30,024 nucleotides of DNA, from positions 1 through 30,024 of the IMG/VR virus record IMGVR_UViG_3300022670_000885; one strand, 5' to 3'. A program made the translations under genes and the position numbers. This document shows positions 9,414 to 18,375 of the stretch, in pieces (the first letter of the stretch is position 1; every line of letters starts with the position of its first letter). The stretch comes from a virus (Duplodnaviria; Caudoviricetes). Under the pieces are notes generated by a model, which was not told the DNA's origin, searched no databases, and worked only from the letters and a program-made list of their open reading frames with translations.

Positions 9414-9911
9414 CTATGTGAATAATCCTTCTCGTTGAACGTCGACTGCGATAATGTCAATAGCTAGAACAGATGGTTGTAATGCTCGTGCGATAATGTA
9501 ATCAGCTGCAGCGTCTGCTTTCTCTAGTTTACCTGCAGTTGCACTTGCACGTAATGGATCACCTACAACAATTGCAGCTGCATTTCCATCAACTCTTGCA
9601 AGACATCTTCCTTGAGTTACTACTACTATTCCTTCACCTGCACTAGCAGTTGCGCGTGTAGTGTCATCAGTTGGAACTGCACCATCAGTTGCGTAAATGC
9701 CGTCTGCATCTCCACCTACTGCAATTCCATATCCTATATCAGTTGCAGAATCACCTTCTTCGACTCTTGCTATTAGCTCATCAGTTGGAATTGTTGCTAA
9801 TTGAGTAACAACTGAACCCATTCCGATTGCCTCGTTTGCGATTAAATTAATTACAGAACTTGATTTATGATCTATTGGTCCTCTTGCAAGTCCTTGATAG
9901 AAATTAGTCAA
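9414..9911 (-). CDS. Capsid decoration/cement protein (DUF2190-like)
   Basis: True start is probably TTG 9911 (MTNFYQGLARGPID), 28 nt from the promoter. A.EAI..G..V, GIAV and VVTQGRC…AIVVGDPL motifs. Confidence 0.7.
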   Translation of the reverse strand: MTNFYQGLARGPIDHKSSSVINLIANEAIGMGSVVTQLATIPTDELIARVEEGDSATDIGYGIAVGGDADGIYATDGAVPTDDTTRATASAGEGIVVVTQGRCLARVDGNAAAIVVGDPLRASATAGKLEKADAAADYIIARALQPSVLAIDIIAVDVQREGLFT

Positions 9912-9915
9912 TGAA

Positions 9916-9947
9916 TAGTAATAGTAAATCTGTTTAAAGGTATTATT
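9916..9947 (-). promoter_or_regulatory. Viral promoter, 32-bp near-duplicate of 11540-11571
   Basis: tagtaatagtaaatc(t/c)gtttaaaggtattatt, 31/32 identical. Confidence 0.8.
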
Positions 9948-10225
9948 GAGATGTGATATTTTATGCAAAAAAATAACTTTTTGATTTTTTCTACAAAAAT
10001 ACCTTTAAATTAATTTTGTTTAGAATATGGTTTCAAAAAAATACAAGTTATTTTTAAACACCCTATTATTCTTAATCAACACAAGTCAATTTTTATTAAC
10101 AAACATCAATCTTACAAATTATCAATAACCAACAAAAAAACTGTAAACTTTTGTGACTGTTTTAAAAGACTAGTACTATTTTGAAATATTGATAGTCTTT
10201 TAAATTAGTTTTTTTTAGATCAATT

Positions 10226-10480
10226 ATGGATTTACAAGTTTTTGACACTTGGATTGAAGGATCCAAAGGAGGAATACACATAGATGTATTGGTTCCAAAG
10301 GACAAAAAACTTGATGATGCAATCAAATTTGGAAAAGAATTTCTCAAATCAATAGGTGAAGAAGGTGCAAAAATGACTACAGAAGAATGTACATTTTGTC
10401 ATATTCAAAAGGCAATACCCGAGCAAGAAAAAGAAGTTAATGAAAAAGGATATTTCATCATCAAAATGCAAGGGTGTTAA
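10226..10480 (+). CDS. DUF2024 family protein (cellular-type)
   Basis: VFDTW…HIDVLV…A..FGKEFLKSIG…C.FCH…GYFI is the DUF2024 pattern. Antisense to the surrounding capsid genes. Confidence 0.8.
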   Translation: MDLQVFDTWIEGSKGGIHIDVLVPKDKKLDDAIKFGKEFLKSIGEEGAKMTTEECTFCHIQKAIPEQEKEVNEKGYFIIKMQGC

Positions 10481-10506
10481 ACCCATTTTTTTAATGGAGA
10501 GACAAA

Positions 10507-10611
10507 ATGATAATTACTAATCGTGGAGAAATGGCAGGACATACAATATTAGAGGATTTAGGAATTGTTTCAGCTAGTATGGCTCCACCAAAATTTATTT
10601 TTAAAAACTAG
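10507..10611 (+). pseudogene. Truncated YbjQ/UPF0145-like fragment (34 aa)
   Basis: GGAGAG RBS then MIITNRGEMAGHTILEDLGIVSASMAPPKFIFKN*, resembling the YbjQ N-terminus (MIIT….G..I.E.LG.V). Confidence 0.5.
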
Positions 10612-10668
10612 AATTATAATAATTTATTTTGTATCTCTCTTAATAAATCAGAATACACAGATTTTAAA

Positions 10669-11535
10669 TTACTGATATATGGAACTTTCAGGGTTATTCA
10701 AAAGTTTGTCCATCTGTTCTATTTCATTTCTTGCATCTTGGAGTTTGTGTTGTCTGATAGGAACTGGTTGAATTGATGGCAGACCAAATTTATCAAAGCC
10801 TGCTTGTTCATTATGTGATGGTGTAGTTTCCCTAAATGTTGCACTAGAGTGTTTGCGCATATAATCAAGATCAAGTTGCATATTTCCATTTATTGATTTT
10901 GCTTCTTGTAATTCTTTAGAGAGAATTTTGACTGATTCTTTTAGATTTATGTTAGTTTGTTCTTGTTTTTTAATTAGTGGTTCCATCATTCGGTTTACAG
11001 TATATCGCATTTGTTCCATCAACTGAGGAGTAGTCATTGGAGGCATTTTGACATCTTGACCCATCTCTAGGGCATTCTTTGGTGCCAGACCAGGAATGAT
11101 CATACCATTATCAGTTTCTTCAAACTGATTTTTGGTATTATCCATATCCTGCATTGGTTTCTCACCACTTGTAGAATCTTTACCTTCACCAGGATAGGGT
11201 TCTTTATTGTCAGTTGATTGCTCAGAACCTTCAGTTCTTGAACCCGGTGTGTGGTTTGATATTTCTTCTTCGTGAAGTTTATGCTCATTATTATTGTCTT
11301 TATCATTTTCTTCTTCATTAATCTTGTTTATTTTGTCTTTATCATCTTCAAGTTCTTTAATGGCTGATTCCATAAAACCAAATGCATTATTTTTCTGTTG
11401 TGGGTCTTTAGAGTTGTTTAATGTAATTGCGGTCTCTACTAGTTTTCTGACTGCAGGTCCTGCATGTAATTTTTTTAGAACAGAATTAGCTTCTTTCATA
11501 TTTGTACATTCTTGCAATTTATCAATTAAATCCAA
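10669..11535 (-). CDS. Putative capsid scaffolding protein
   Basis: 288 aa, acidic, low-complexity and coiled-coil-like; between protease and decoration/MCP genes; TTG start. Confidence 0.6.
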   Translation of the reverse strand: MDLIDKLQECTNMKEANSVLKKLHAGPAVRKLVETAITLNNSKDPQQKNNAFGFMESAIKELEDDKDKINKINEEENDKDNNNEHKLHEEEISNHTPGSRTEGSEQSTDNKEPYPGEGKDSTSGEKPMQDMDNTKNQFEETDNGMIIPGLAPKNALEMGQDVKMPPMTTPQLMEQMRYTVNRMMEPLIKKQEQTNINLKESVKILSKELQEAKSINGNMQLDLDYMRKHSSATFRETTPSHNEQAGFDKFGLPSIQPVPIRQHKLQDARNEIEQMDKLLNNPESSIYQ

Positions 11536-11539
11536 TAAT

Positions 11540-11571
11540 TAGTAATAGTAAATCCGTTTAAAGGTATTATT
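11540..11571 (-). promoter_or_regulatory. Viral promoter AATAATACCTTTAAAC
   Basis: 28 nt upstream of TTG 11535. Confidence 0.8.
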
Positions 11572-11575
11572 AGAA

Positions 11576-12973
11576 CTATATTTTTTGCAACAATGTAAAT
11601 TTAATTCCAGGTTCGACACGTGGAACATGATGCCCATTCCAATACAGACCGTTTGAATCAGTTACCACAAATGTCATACCAATTCCATCAAGCTCCCCTA
11701 ATACCACACCTTTTGGCACAAGACACAACTCACATGAATCATCAGTACATCCATCAACGCATGGCTCTACACTTTCAGTGCGTGGCATTCCACCGTTAAT
11801 TGATACTGCAGTAATTATTCTATTATCAATTGCATCATTTATGGTATCATCCTTTACAATAACTAGTGTCTGTATCTCTTTTCTGTGTTTATCAAATTCT
11901 GCATCCAGAATTGTGGCGTTCACTTCAAATTCTGGCTGGTGATTAATGTCCATTGATTTACCTATAATGGTTCTAGTCATAGAATTTAGTTCATCAGCGG
12001 ACAATTTACGCCTGTATGGCTCGCCTTCAGACATGTGATTTGTGATCGTTTCACCAGCTGCCCTTATCAAATATAGCACACCGCCCGCATCTTCTGCTAG
12101 TTTTTTGGCACTTTGTACATAATCATCAGTTAACCACACAAATTCACTTCGTAAATTAGAGATTGCTTCTTGTAATGCCCTTTTTTTACAAGAACATTCT
12201 TTTGTAGGATTTATCCCACTTGGAGGAATCACAATATCTGGAATTGTTATTGGTCTAGTTTGCGAATCCTCAATATTATATCTCCAAGGAGGAATAGATT
12301 GTGATGTGTGATATCCATGCTCACCATGCATTGATGGTTCTGAATTTACATCAGATGCCAACCCATTCCATACAGCAGAGTATGGAGCTGGCATATTCTT
12401 AAATTCATAAGTATTAGACATTGACCCTATATTGTTAGTATCAGGTGTAGGATTATTTTGATATGTTCCACCAATTCCATACGGTGATTTATTTGGTGTT
12501 GGATATGGTTCTCTATTCTGTGGCAGTCCTGTAAAATCAGTTAGGGGAGTGCCAGTATCAGGAACAATTACGGGGTCAATTTCTCCCGCTAGATCAAGTC
12601 CGGTTATTGGTCCTGGCCATGGTTTAGAATCTGGTGGATTTTGTTCTGAAAAGTATGCAGTTACTGCCCTATGAATTTCTTCTTCTGGAATTCCTCGAGA
12701 ACGTAAATCGTTAATCATTCGATTAGTTTGTGTGTGATTAGGATTGTTTTGTGTAGTTTCTACAAAAAACCCAGGTTTGTAGTTAACATTTGATTTTCTA
12801 TATTTTGGATTCACTGTAATATTAATTGGGTTGGGATTTCCAAAATGATGTAAATCACATACGGACTTTGCACTTATTTGCCCCATTACCAATTCACATA
12901 ATCCACCAACAACAAAATACTCACAGTTTCCGCATAATGGAATTGAAGTATTAACTACATTTGAGTCTGACAT
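11576..12973 (-). CDS. Prohead protease with N-terminal HiPIP-like Cys4 domain
   Basis: C-terminal …ELNSMTRTIIGKSMDINH…ILDAEF…IDNRIITAVSING fits an HK97-type protease (candidate His/Ser). N-terminal CGNC…C..V.G.I….C. Confidence 0.7.
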   Translation of the reverse strand: MSDSNVVNTSIPLCGNCEYFVVGGLCELVMGQISAKSVCDLHHFGNPNPINITVNPKYRKSNVNYKPGFFVETTQNNPNHTQTNRMINDLRSRGIPEEEIHRAVTAYFSEQNPPDSKPWPGPITGLDLAGEIDPVIVPDTGTPLTDFTGLPQNREPYPTPNKSPYGIGGTYQNNPTPDTNNIGSMSNTYEFKNMPAPYSAVWNGLASDVNSEPSMHGEHGYHTSQSIPPWRYNIEDSQTRPITIPDIVIPPSGINPTKECSCKKRALQEAISNLRSEFVWLTDDYVQSAKKLAEDAGGVLYLIRAAGETITNHMSEGEPYRRKLSADELNSMTRTIIGKSMDINHQPEFEVNATILDAEFDKHRKEIQTLVIVKDDTINDAIDNRIITAVSINGGMPRTESVEPCVDGCTDDSCELCLVPKGVVLGELDGIGMTFVVTDSNGLYWNGHHVPRVEPGIKFTLLQKI

Positions 12974-13221
12974 TAGTCATCCCACATTGTCTCCATTTGG
13001 ATTTTGTATCTTGCAAACTTTTTGTGCCATATTGGATCATACTCAAAATAAGTATACGGCATCCAGTCTTTGTTAGGTATTGTCTGATGCCAAAACCCAG
13101 TTATTCCAGTTGTATGTGTAAATGTAATATTATCTGTACCAGTATATGTACCAGTAGTTATATCGCTAGTTCCATTTGTAAAAGTAAAATCCCCAGCATC
13201 ATACCAATTATTATCATTCAT
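12973..13221 (-). CDS. Hypothetical protein
   Basis: 82 aa; overlaps the portal stop and abuts the protease start. Confidence 0.6.
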   Translation of the reverse strand: MNDNNWYDAGDFTFTNGTSDITTGTYTGTDNITFTHTTGITGFWHQTIPNKDWMPYTYFEYDPIWHKKFARYKIQMETMWDD

Positions 13222-14845
13222 AATTTCTTCCCGTATTCCAGTCTTGTGATTGGTTTGATCGTCTATAGTTTGTAGGAACTGATTTTTGTCCCCTTACATC
13301 CTTCATCATACTATCATAAATGGGATCATCCATTGGTGGAGAACCCATCACTTGATTATCAAATACTGGACCGCCTCCAATGTCGGCAGTAGGTTTTTGA
13401 TCATCTCCAACATTGTTTAATGCCTGTTTGCCATTTGGATCATTATACTTTTCATCAATTTCAACTATATATTTTTCATCAATTGGCAAACCAGCTTTTT
13501 CCAATAATTTCAGAATTTGTTTTGGATCTTTGGCTATTGGAGATTGCAGGTATATCTCAATTAACCTTATCATGTCAGGTACTGTAATGTCTTTTTTATC
13601 TACCTGTCCAAAGTTGAAACTGAAATCTGTTTTATCCCAAGGTAATGGAAGGATTCCTCCAGTGTATAATTCATCATATAATGGATGATTCTCATACCAA
13701 GGCTTGAATAGATGCTCTTCTAATTGCTCACTTACTGATATTGGAAATGCAGTTAATCCAAGTTCGTCAAGTAGGGCAGCACGTTCTGCATTGGCAAACG
13801 TATGAGTTGACTCGCCTGCTTGTTTTCCTCTAAAGTCATTTAGTGCTTTGAATAGTGGACCTTGTGTCATATCTGCAAACTGTGAAGGATTAAAGTTCCG
13901 AGCATTAGAGCCCAATTCTTTTACTTCGACGTTTGTTCCTGCAACAATATCTTGTCCAACTTGTGCAGCCTCTATGTTTGCTTGGAGTGTTGCTCTTTGA
14001 TCAGCTGATGCGCCATCTGCAATCCATACGTTTCTACTTATGTAACGCTGTTCTGCTATCTGCATTGTAAATTGTGTAGAGTATTTTCTATCAAGCATTG
14101 ATGGTAAGGATACATCAATTGATTCATCAAGTGTTATAGGCATTGTAAAATCACGAGTTGATGTAACTGATACTCCAAAGCCCGTACCAAAGACTGATGA
14201 ATTAACTGGATTCCACTTAAAATGCATTATCTCATTAGGATTATGATACCCTTGATATTCTGCTCCACGAAATTCATATTTGTATGGAATTCTTTGCCTA
14301 TCCCACCAAATTCGCACAAACGATGAAATTGGAATGTGCATTAAATCATTAAAGGACTTTACATTTGCAATGCCCATACGTGGCTTCCATACAGAGTTGC
14401 CATACCACAATAACTCTTTTACAAGTTCAGTATCAAAGGTATCAAAGTGAAAATTATGTGTGAATTTCTCCATGTGTTTTATGAATGATTCTGTATTTCC
14501 TTTGACGTAATGCTTTCCACCAGTGACCTTTGAGGATAAATCATTAATTGCTAATTGTACATCTTCATCTCTTTGTAATGCATAAACTTGTGTTCTAAAT
14601 GGCACTTCAGGAATATCAAAACTTTTGCTGGTGTATCCTTCTCTAGAATATGCTCCCACTGTTGAGATTTCAGGTCCCCAAACTGGTTGGGATAATCCAC
14701 CTGGTATCATTTCAGATAACATAGTACTATTCATCGTATCTTTTAGCTGCTTTAGATTCAGAGAATTGGTGCGAATTCTCTGAGCTGGTGGTTCATCAGA
14801 TAATAGTTTCGCAAGGCCGTTTCTCAGTCTTTTACCAAATGCCAA
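13214..14845 (-). CDS. Portal protein
   Basis: 543 aa; DEDVQLAINDL, ELLWYGNSVW, NEIMHFKWNP…FGTG and TFANA motifs; downstream of TerL. Confidence 0.9.
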   Translation of the reverse strand: MAFGKRLRNGLAKLLSDEPPAQRIRTNSLNLKQLKDTMNSTMLSEMIPGGLSQPVWGPEISTVGAYSREGYTSKSFDIPEVPFRTQVYALQRDEDVQLAINDLSSKVTGGKHYVKGNTESFIKHMEKFTHNFHFDTFDTELVKELLWYGNSVWKPRMGIANVKSFNDLMHIPISSFVRIWWDRQRIPYKYEFRGAEYQGYHNPNEIMHFKWNPVNSSVFGTGFGVSVTSTRDFTMPITLDESIDVSLPSMLDRKYSTQFTMQIAEQRYISRNVWIADGASADQRATLQANIEAAQVGQDIVAGTNVEVKELGSNARNFNPSQFADMTQGPLFKALNDFRGKQAGESTHTFANAERAALLDELGLTAFPISVSEQLEEHLFKPWYENHPLYDELYTGGILPLPWDKTDFSFNFGQVDKKDITVPDMIRLIEIYLQSPIAKDPKQILKLLEKAGLPIDEKYIVEIDEKYNDPNGKQALNNVGDDQKPTADIGGGPVFDNQVMGSPPMDDPIYDSMMKDVRGQKSVPTNYRRSNQSQDWNTGRNYE

Positions 14846-14866
14846 TAAATCAAAATGTCTTTATTA

Positions 14867-14881
14867 ATTAAAGGTATTATT
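14867..14881 (-). promoter_or_regulatory. Conserved viral promoter AATAATACCTTTAAT
   Basis: 28 nt upstream of portal TTG 14845. Confidence 0.8.
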
Positions 14882-14891
14882 AAATCAAAAT

Positions 14892-15095
14892 TTACGAAAT
14901 TAATGGTAGTTTATTGTATAGTGTATCATCTGTAGGAAACGGTTTGATTCCATGGTGTTTTTTATTCTTGTAGAATTCTGGATGCAGTTTTTTAGCACAT
15001 GGATAACATAATTGCCAGTTTTCCCAGTTCTCTCTTTTTTGAGTTGAGCGTGACCTGTGACGACATCCTGTTCCTAGTCGATGCCCCATACACAT
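14892..15095 (-). CDS. Small Cys-containing protein
   Basis: 67 aa, C…C…CxxC; GAGGTGA upstream. Confidence 0.55.
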   Translation of the reverse strand: MCMGHRLGTGCRHRSRSTQKRENWENWQLCYPCAKKLHPEFYKNKKHHGIKPFPTDDTLYNKLPLIS

Positions 15096-15247
15096 TGCGA
15101 TTAGAATTCACCTCTACATCTATTGGTAAATACCACATTTACAAATATTCAGTTCATGTTTAAAAACTGTACTATATTAAAGGTTTCTTTATGAAAACTT
15201 TATAATTATAAGATTTTATCTAATATTTTCAAACAAATGAAATACAT

Positions 15248-15331
15248 TTAATCTTGATTATATGTTATAGTGTGGCAGTCTTCCCAGCTCATGTCCTCAC
15301 CTCCTTTATGGAATATCGAGGCATGAGCCAA
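15248..15331 (-). other. Hairpin-containing micro-ORF/structured RNA between terL and portal
   Basis: Stem GCTCATGCCTC / GAGGACATGAGC (15287-15328) encloses AAAGGAGGTGA and pairs an ATG. An in-frame TTG at 15331 lies ~20 nt below TATAAAA. Confidence 0.45.
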
Positions 15332-15425
15332 TTAAAACAAACTTTTTATTTTATAGTAATATTTCATATATTGTAGTACGGAAGAATCCCAGGAAAAGAG
15401 TGTATGAGACATCATTTTTGGGATT

Positions 15426-17369
15426 CTATCTTCGTCTAATATTATTTCCAGTTCTTCTTGTTTTAGTTCGTTTGATTGGATGTATGGTGTATCCGTCTGG
15501 ACTATACCTGTCAGCTGCAATAAGTGAGTATAGTAATGCCATAACTGTATCTCCTGCATGCGCATACAATCTTTGTGCATGTTGTCTTTTGTCAATTGGT
15601 GATTTTACACCATCAGACATTTCATCAATTTTATCAATTCTTCTAATTGCAGTTAGTTCTCTTTCTAGATAATCAATTTGCATTCTAGTTGATGGTCCCC
15701 AAGGAATTATCATCTTAGATAATGCAGAGTTTTTGTCTGTAGGATTATCCAAGTTTGGCACTGTTGATTTTATTATTCCAATTAATTTGTCTACCCATTC
15801 AGTTTTATCTATTGTAATCTTTGCTAAATCTCGTCCATGTTTGTCTGATTCTGCATAGTATGTTTTGGTTTCCTCTGTAAGATTCCCACCTGTCCACACG
15901 CCCATAACTTTTGATGTACCAAGTGCTGGAATTGATGTGCCACCATCTTGAGAAAATCCACCATTTTGCATTTTTGTTATTACATCTTTTTCATGTCCCA
16001 TATCTGCAACACAAAAATCTACATACCATTCTTTTATCATGTTTACAAAATGTGATGCCATATCTTTTGTATCCCCAACTGGTCTCTTATCGATGAATGC
16101 TATTTGGTATCTTGATGATTGTGAATCAGTTGATCTCCAATGTAGGATGATAACTCCAACAGTAAATGATGCACCAACTTGGTTTGATCCCCAGTCAATA
16201 CCCAATAATACATGTAATGTATTTCCATATTGTGTTTTAAGTTTCATAATTTCTGATGGAGTCAAAAATTCAACTGTATCGTCCTGGCATTTTTTAATAT
16301 GAGCTGGAGTAAGAGGACGTGCTTCATCAGGAAAGAACCAACCTTCACAGTGAGCCATATACTCCATTGGTGAATCGTGAATCTTTTGATATTCAATGGA
16401 ATCTTGTATGTTTGTGTAGTATAGGGTTTTTGCTTGGTGGATGGTTAGTGGAATTTGTGGAAAAATCCTTTGAGGCATATGATATGTTATCCATTCACGT
16501 TTCTGACCACCAGGTAACGGATTAATGCAGACAAATTTTCCCGTCATGTATAGTTGTGCTTCGTCTGGAGTAAAGTTTCGTAATCCGTCTTTATCAAATT
16601 TTAAATGCCTTCTCCATCCTTGTTCAGGCCATTTACTAGTTTGTGTTTTTTTGGTGCCGTCTCGTAAAATAATTTCATTCTCCTCTACAAGTGTGGATTG
16701 GTCCTTGTATTTCCATTCATAAATATCTGATTCCTCAGTTATCATGTAATGTAATTCTGAACCCTCACCAATTCCAATACCAGTAAGTATAGTTGTACCT
16801 TTTGTTGTGCGGAGTGTCCTTCTAGCAATACCTAAATGTTGAAGTTCTTGGTGTTTTTGAATTTCATCACATACTAGTGCAGAAATTGTGTAACCTTCTG
16901 TTTTACCGTATTTTCTTTTTGGATGTGTGAATCTCATAAATGTACCATTGAGAAGTTTGATGACTTTTTTTGCAGCTCGATGTTCATATGGTAGATATTT
17001 TTTCAGTAATTTGTTTGAGAGAAAACCCTCCTCTCGTATTCTCTCATCTGAAAATGATTCTGCAGATTCAGGAGAATGCCCCACATACATTGTATGCGCG
17101 CGTTTCTGAGTTGTTGCAGTAAATAATAGAAAGTCTCCAAGAAAAGTTGATTTAAAAATTTGCCTGCCACAAATAATTATCATGTTTCTCTCCATGTTTT
17201 TGTATATGTGGACCCAGAATGGGATCATGTCCCAGTTTCGTTTTATCTCGCCAACGTATGGTTTGATTAGTTGTACAAATACAAAAAATATTTTAGGAAA
17301 TATTGGTAGTTTTGCTACGGCTCGCTTATCTTGAAAGCCTTTAACTAGATTTGTTTTCCAACTTTTCAT
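15426..17369 (-). CDS. terL: Terminase large subunit
   Basis: Walker A GRQIFKST, Walker B LVCDE, nuclease LGIDWG, VADMG and GDTVMALLYS motifs. Confidence 0.92.
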   Translation of the reverse strand: MKSWKTNLVKGFQDKRAVAKLPIFPKIFFVFVQLIKPYVGEIKRNWDMIPFWVHIYKNMERNMIIICGRQIFKSTFLGDFLLFTATTQKRAHTMYVGHSPESAESFSDERIREEGFLSNKLLKKYLPYEHRAAKKVIKLLNGTFMRFTHPKRKYGKTEGYTISALVCDEIQKHQELQHLGIARRTLRTTKGTTILTGIGIGEGSELHYMITEESDIYEWKYKDQSTLVEENEIILRDGTKKTQTSKWPEQGWRRHLKFDKDGLRNFTPDEAQLYMTGKFVCINPLPGGQKREWITYHMPQRIFPQIPLTIHQAKTLYYTNIQDSIEYQKIHDSPMEYMAHCEGWFFPDEARPLTPAHIKKCQDDTVEFLTPSEIMKLKTQYGNTLHVLLGIDWGSNQVGASFTVGVIILHWRSTDSQSSRYQIAFIDKRPVGDTKDMASHFVNMIKEWYVDFCVADMGHEKDVITKMQNGGFSQDGGTSIPALGTSKVMGVWTGGNLTEETKTYYAESDKHGRDLAKITIDKTEWVDKLIGIIKSTVPNLDNPTDKNSALSKMIIPWGPSTRMQIDYLERELTAIRRIDKIDEMSDGVKSPIDKRQHAQRLYAHAGDTVMALLYSLIAADRYSPDGYTIHPIKRTKTRRTGNNIRRR

Positions 17370-17769
17370 TTTCTTTCTTTAATTCTCTATCCTCTAGCTC
17401 TTCTGAAATTGGAACTAGTCCATCTGATTCAAGCAGAAATTGACTATTGATCAGGTCTTCTTCCTGTTTGACTGCATGTAGTTTGACAGTGTCATCACCT
17501 GTACCCTTTATGATATCTGCTGTTACTTTCTGTAGTTCTTCTAGTCTCTTGAGCTTTTCTTTACTTCTCTTAAATATTCCCTCAAGATTGTATTTTTTAT
17601 TTTCTTCTCTATATTTTTTCTTGAAATAATTTAAATCATTTTCTATTGCACGGGGATCTACCCCAATTCCTTCTGCAATGGTTTTGATTTTATCATATCC
17701 CACACTTGGGTGATCACTTAGAAATATAGCAATTCTACTACGTCTGATCTCTGTTTTATTATCAATCAT
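17341..17769 (-). CDS. Putative terminase small subunit (HTH + coiled coil)
   Basis: IAEGIGVDPRAIENDL HTH-like segment; overlaps terL start. Confidence 0.7.
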   Translation of the reverse strand: MIDNKTEIRRSRIAIFLSDHPSVGYDKIKTIAEGIGVDPRAIENDLNYFKKKYREENKKYNLEGIFKRSKEKLKRLEELQKVTADIIKGTGDDTVKLHAVKQEEDLINSQFLLESDGLVPISEELEDRELKKENEKLENKSS

Positions 17770-17789
17770 ACATTCTAGCAGATATTAGA

Positions 17790-17804
17790 CATTAAGGTAT
17801 TATT
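17790..17804 (-). promoter_or_regulatory. Conserved viral promoter AATAATACCTTAATG
   Basis: 27 nt upstream of ATG 17769. Confidence 0.75.
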
Positions 17805-17862
17805 ATTTTAGGCGTGAGATATTATCTCTAAGGATTATAGTATAGCCTTTGTAGGTGAGCAT
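17803..17862 (-). CDS. 19-aa micro-ORF MLTYKGYTIILRDNISRLK
   Basis: ATG lies 27 nt downstream of the promoter variant AAATACCTTTAAC (17883-17895). Confidence 0.35.
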   Translation of the reverse strand: MLTYKGYTIILRDNISRLK

Positions 17863-17985
17863 AAAGTTTTATTGTGTGGCCAGTTAAAGGTATTTGCTGG
17901 GCTTTCAATTTGTCTCTGATGAATTGTTACCAAGCTCAGCGTTTTTTAAAATATTGTCACATAGAAAGATGAGTAGTGCCATTAC

Positions 17986-18093
17986 TCACATAAACCGTTT
18001 TGTTTGATAAAGTCCACATTTGTTACACCGGCAAATAGTATCTGTAGTACTATCTACAAGCACCCAAAAATGATCACAGTTAATTATAGTCAT
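17986..18093 (-). CDS. 35-aa Zn-finger micro-protein
   Basis: MTIINCDHFW…CRCNKCG (CxH…CxxC); GAGGT RBS. Confidence 0.55.
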   Translation of the reverse strand: MTIINCDHFWVLVDSTTDTICRCNKCGLYQTKRFM

Positions 18094-18097
18094 ACCT

Positions 18098-18262
18098 CTA
18101 AGCATTCCCTGTATTTGTTGGTCCATCTAAATCTGCTTTACAAAAAGTACAATAGTGTACGAATGGACTTTCTTCTTTACTGTCAGGGTCTATGTGTCTG
18201 AATGAAAAATCATAGTAATTTACAATAAAGCATTTTGGACAAATTTTACTTGTTAGTTTCAT
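18098..18262 (-). CDS. 54-aa Zn-ribbon protein
   Basis: MKLTSKICPKC…YCTFCKADL. Confidence 0.6.
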   Translation of the reverse strand: MKLTSKICPKCFIVNYYDFSFRHIDPDSKEESPFVHYCTFCKADLDGPTNTGNA

Positions 18263-18274
18263 ATCTATCACATA

Positions 18275-18373
18275 CTATCTAAGAGACAGTTTAAACTTTT
18301 GAAATTGTTCATTACTGTCCTCTTCAATATTAGTAAACTGTATGAAATTCTGAAGTTTTACATATTCTGCCAT
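18275..18373 (-). CDS. 32-aa hypothetical protein
   Basis: GGTGAG RBS; MAEYVKLQNFIQFTNIEEDSNEQFQKFKLSLR. Confidence 0.35.
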   Translation of the reverse strand: MAEYVKLQNFIQFTNIEEDSNEQFQKFKLSLR

Positions 18374-18375
18374 GT

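Noticed and set aside
9912-9968. ORF-track N-terminal extension of the decoration protein (MHKISH…YYYY)
   Set aside because: It runs through the conserved promoter; TTG 9911 fits the 28-nt spacing.
10027-10128. 33-aa plus-strand ORF MVSKKYKLFLNTLLFL…
   Set aside because: Low-complexity AT-rich sequence, and its spacing to the promoter-like motif (24 nt) differs from the 27-28 nt rule.
15332-15595. 87-aa minus-strand ORF
   Set aside because: Mostly overlaps the terL 3' end in another frame; no supporting signals.
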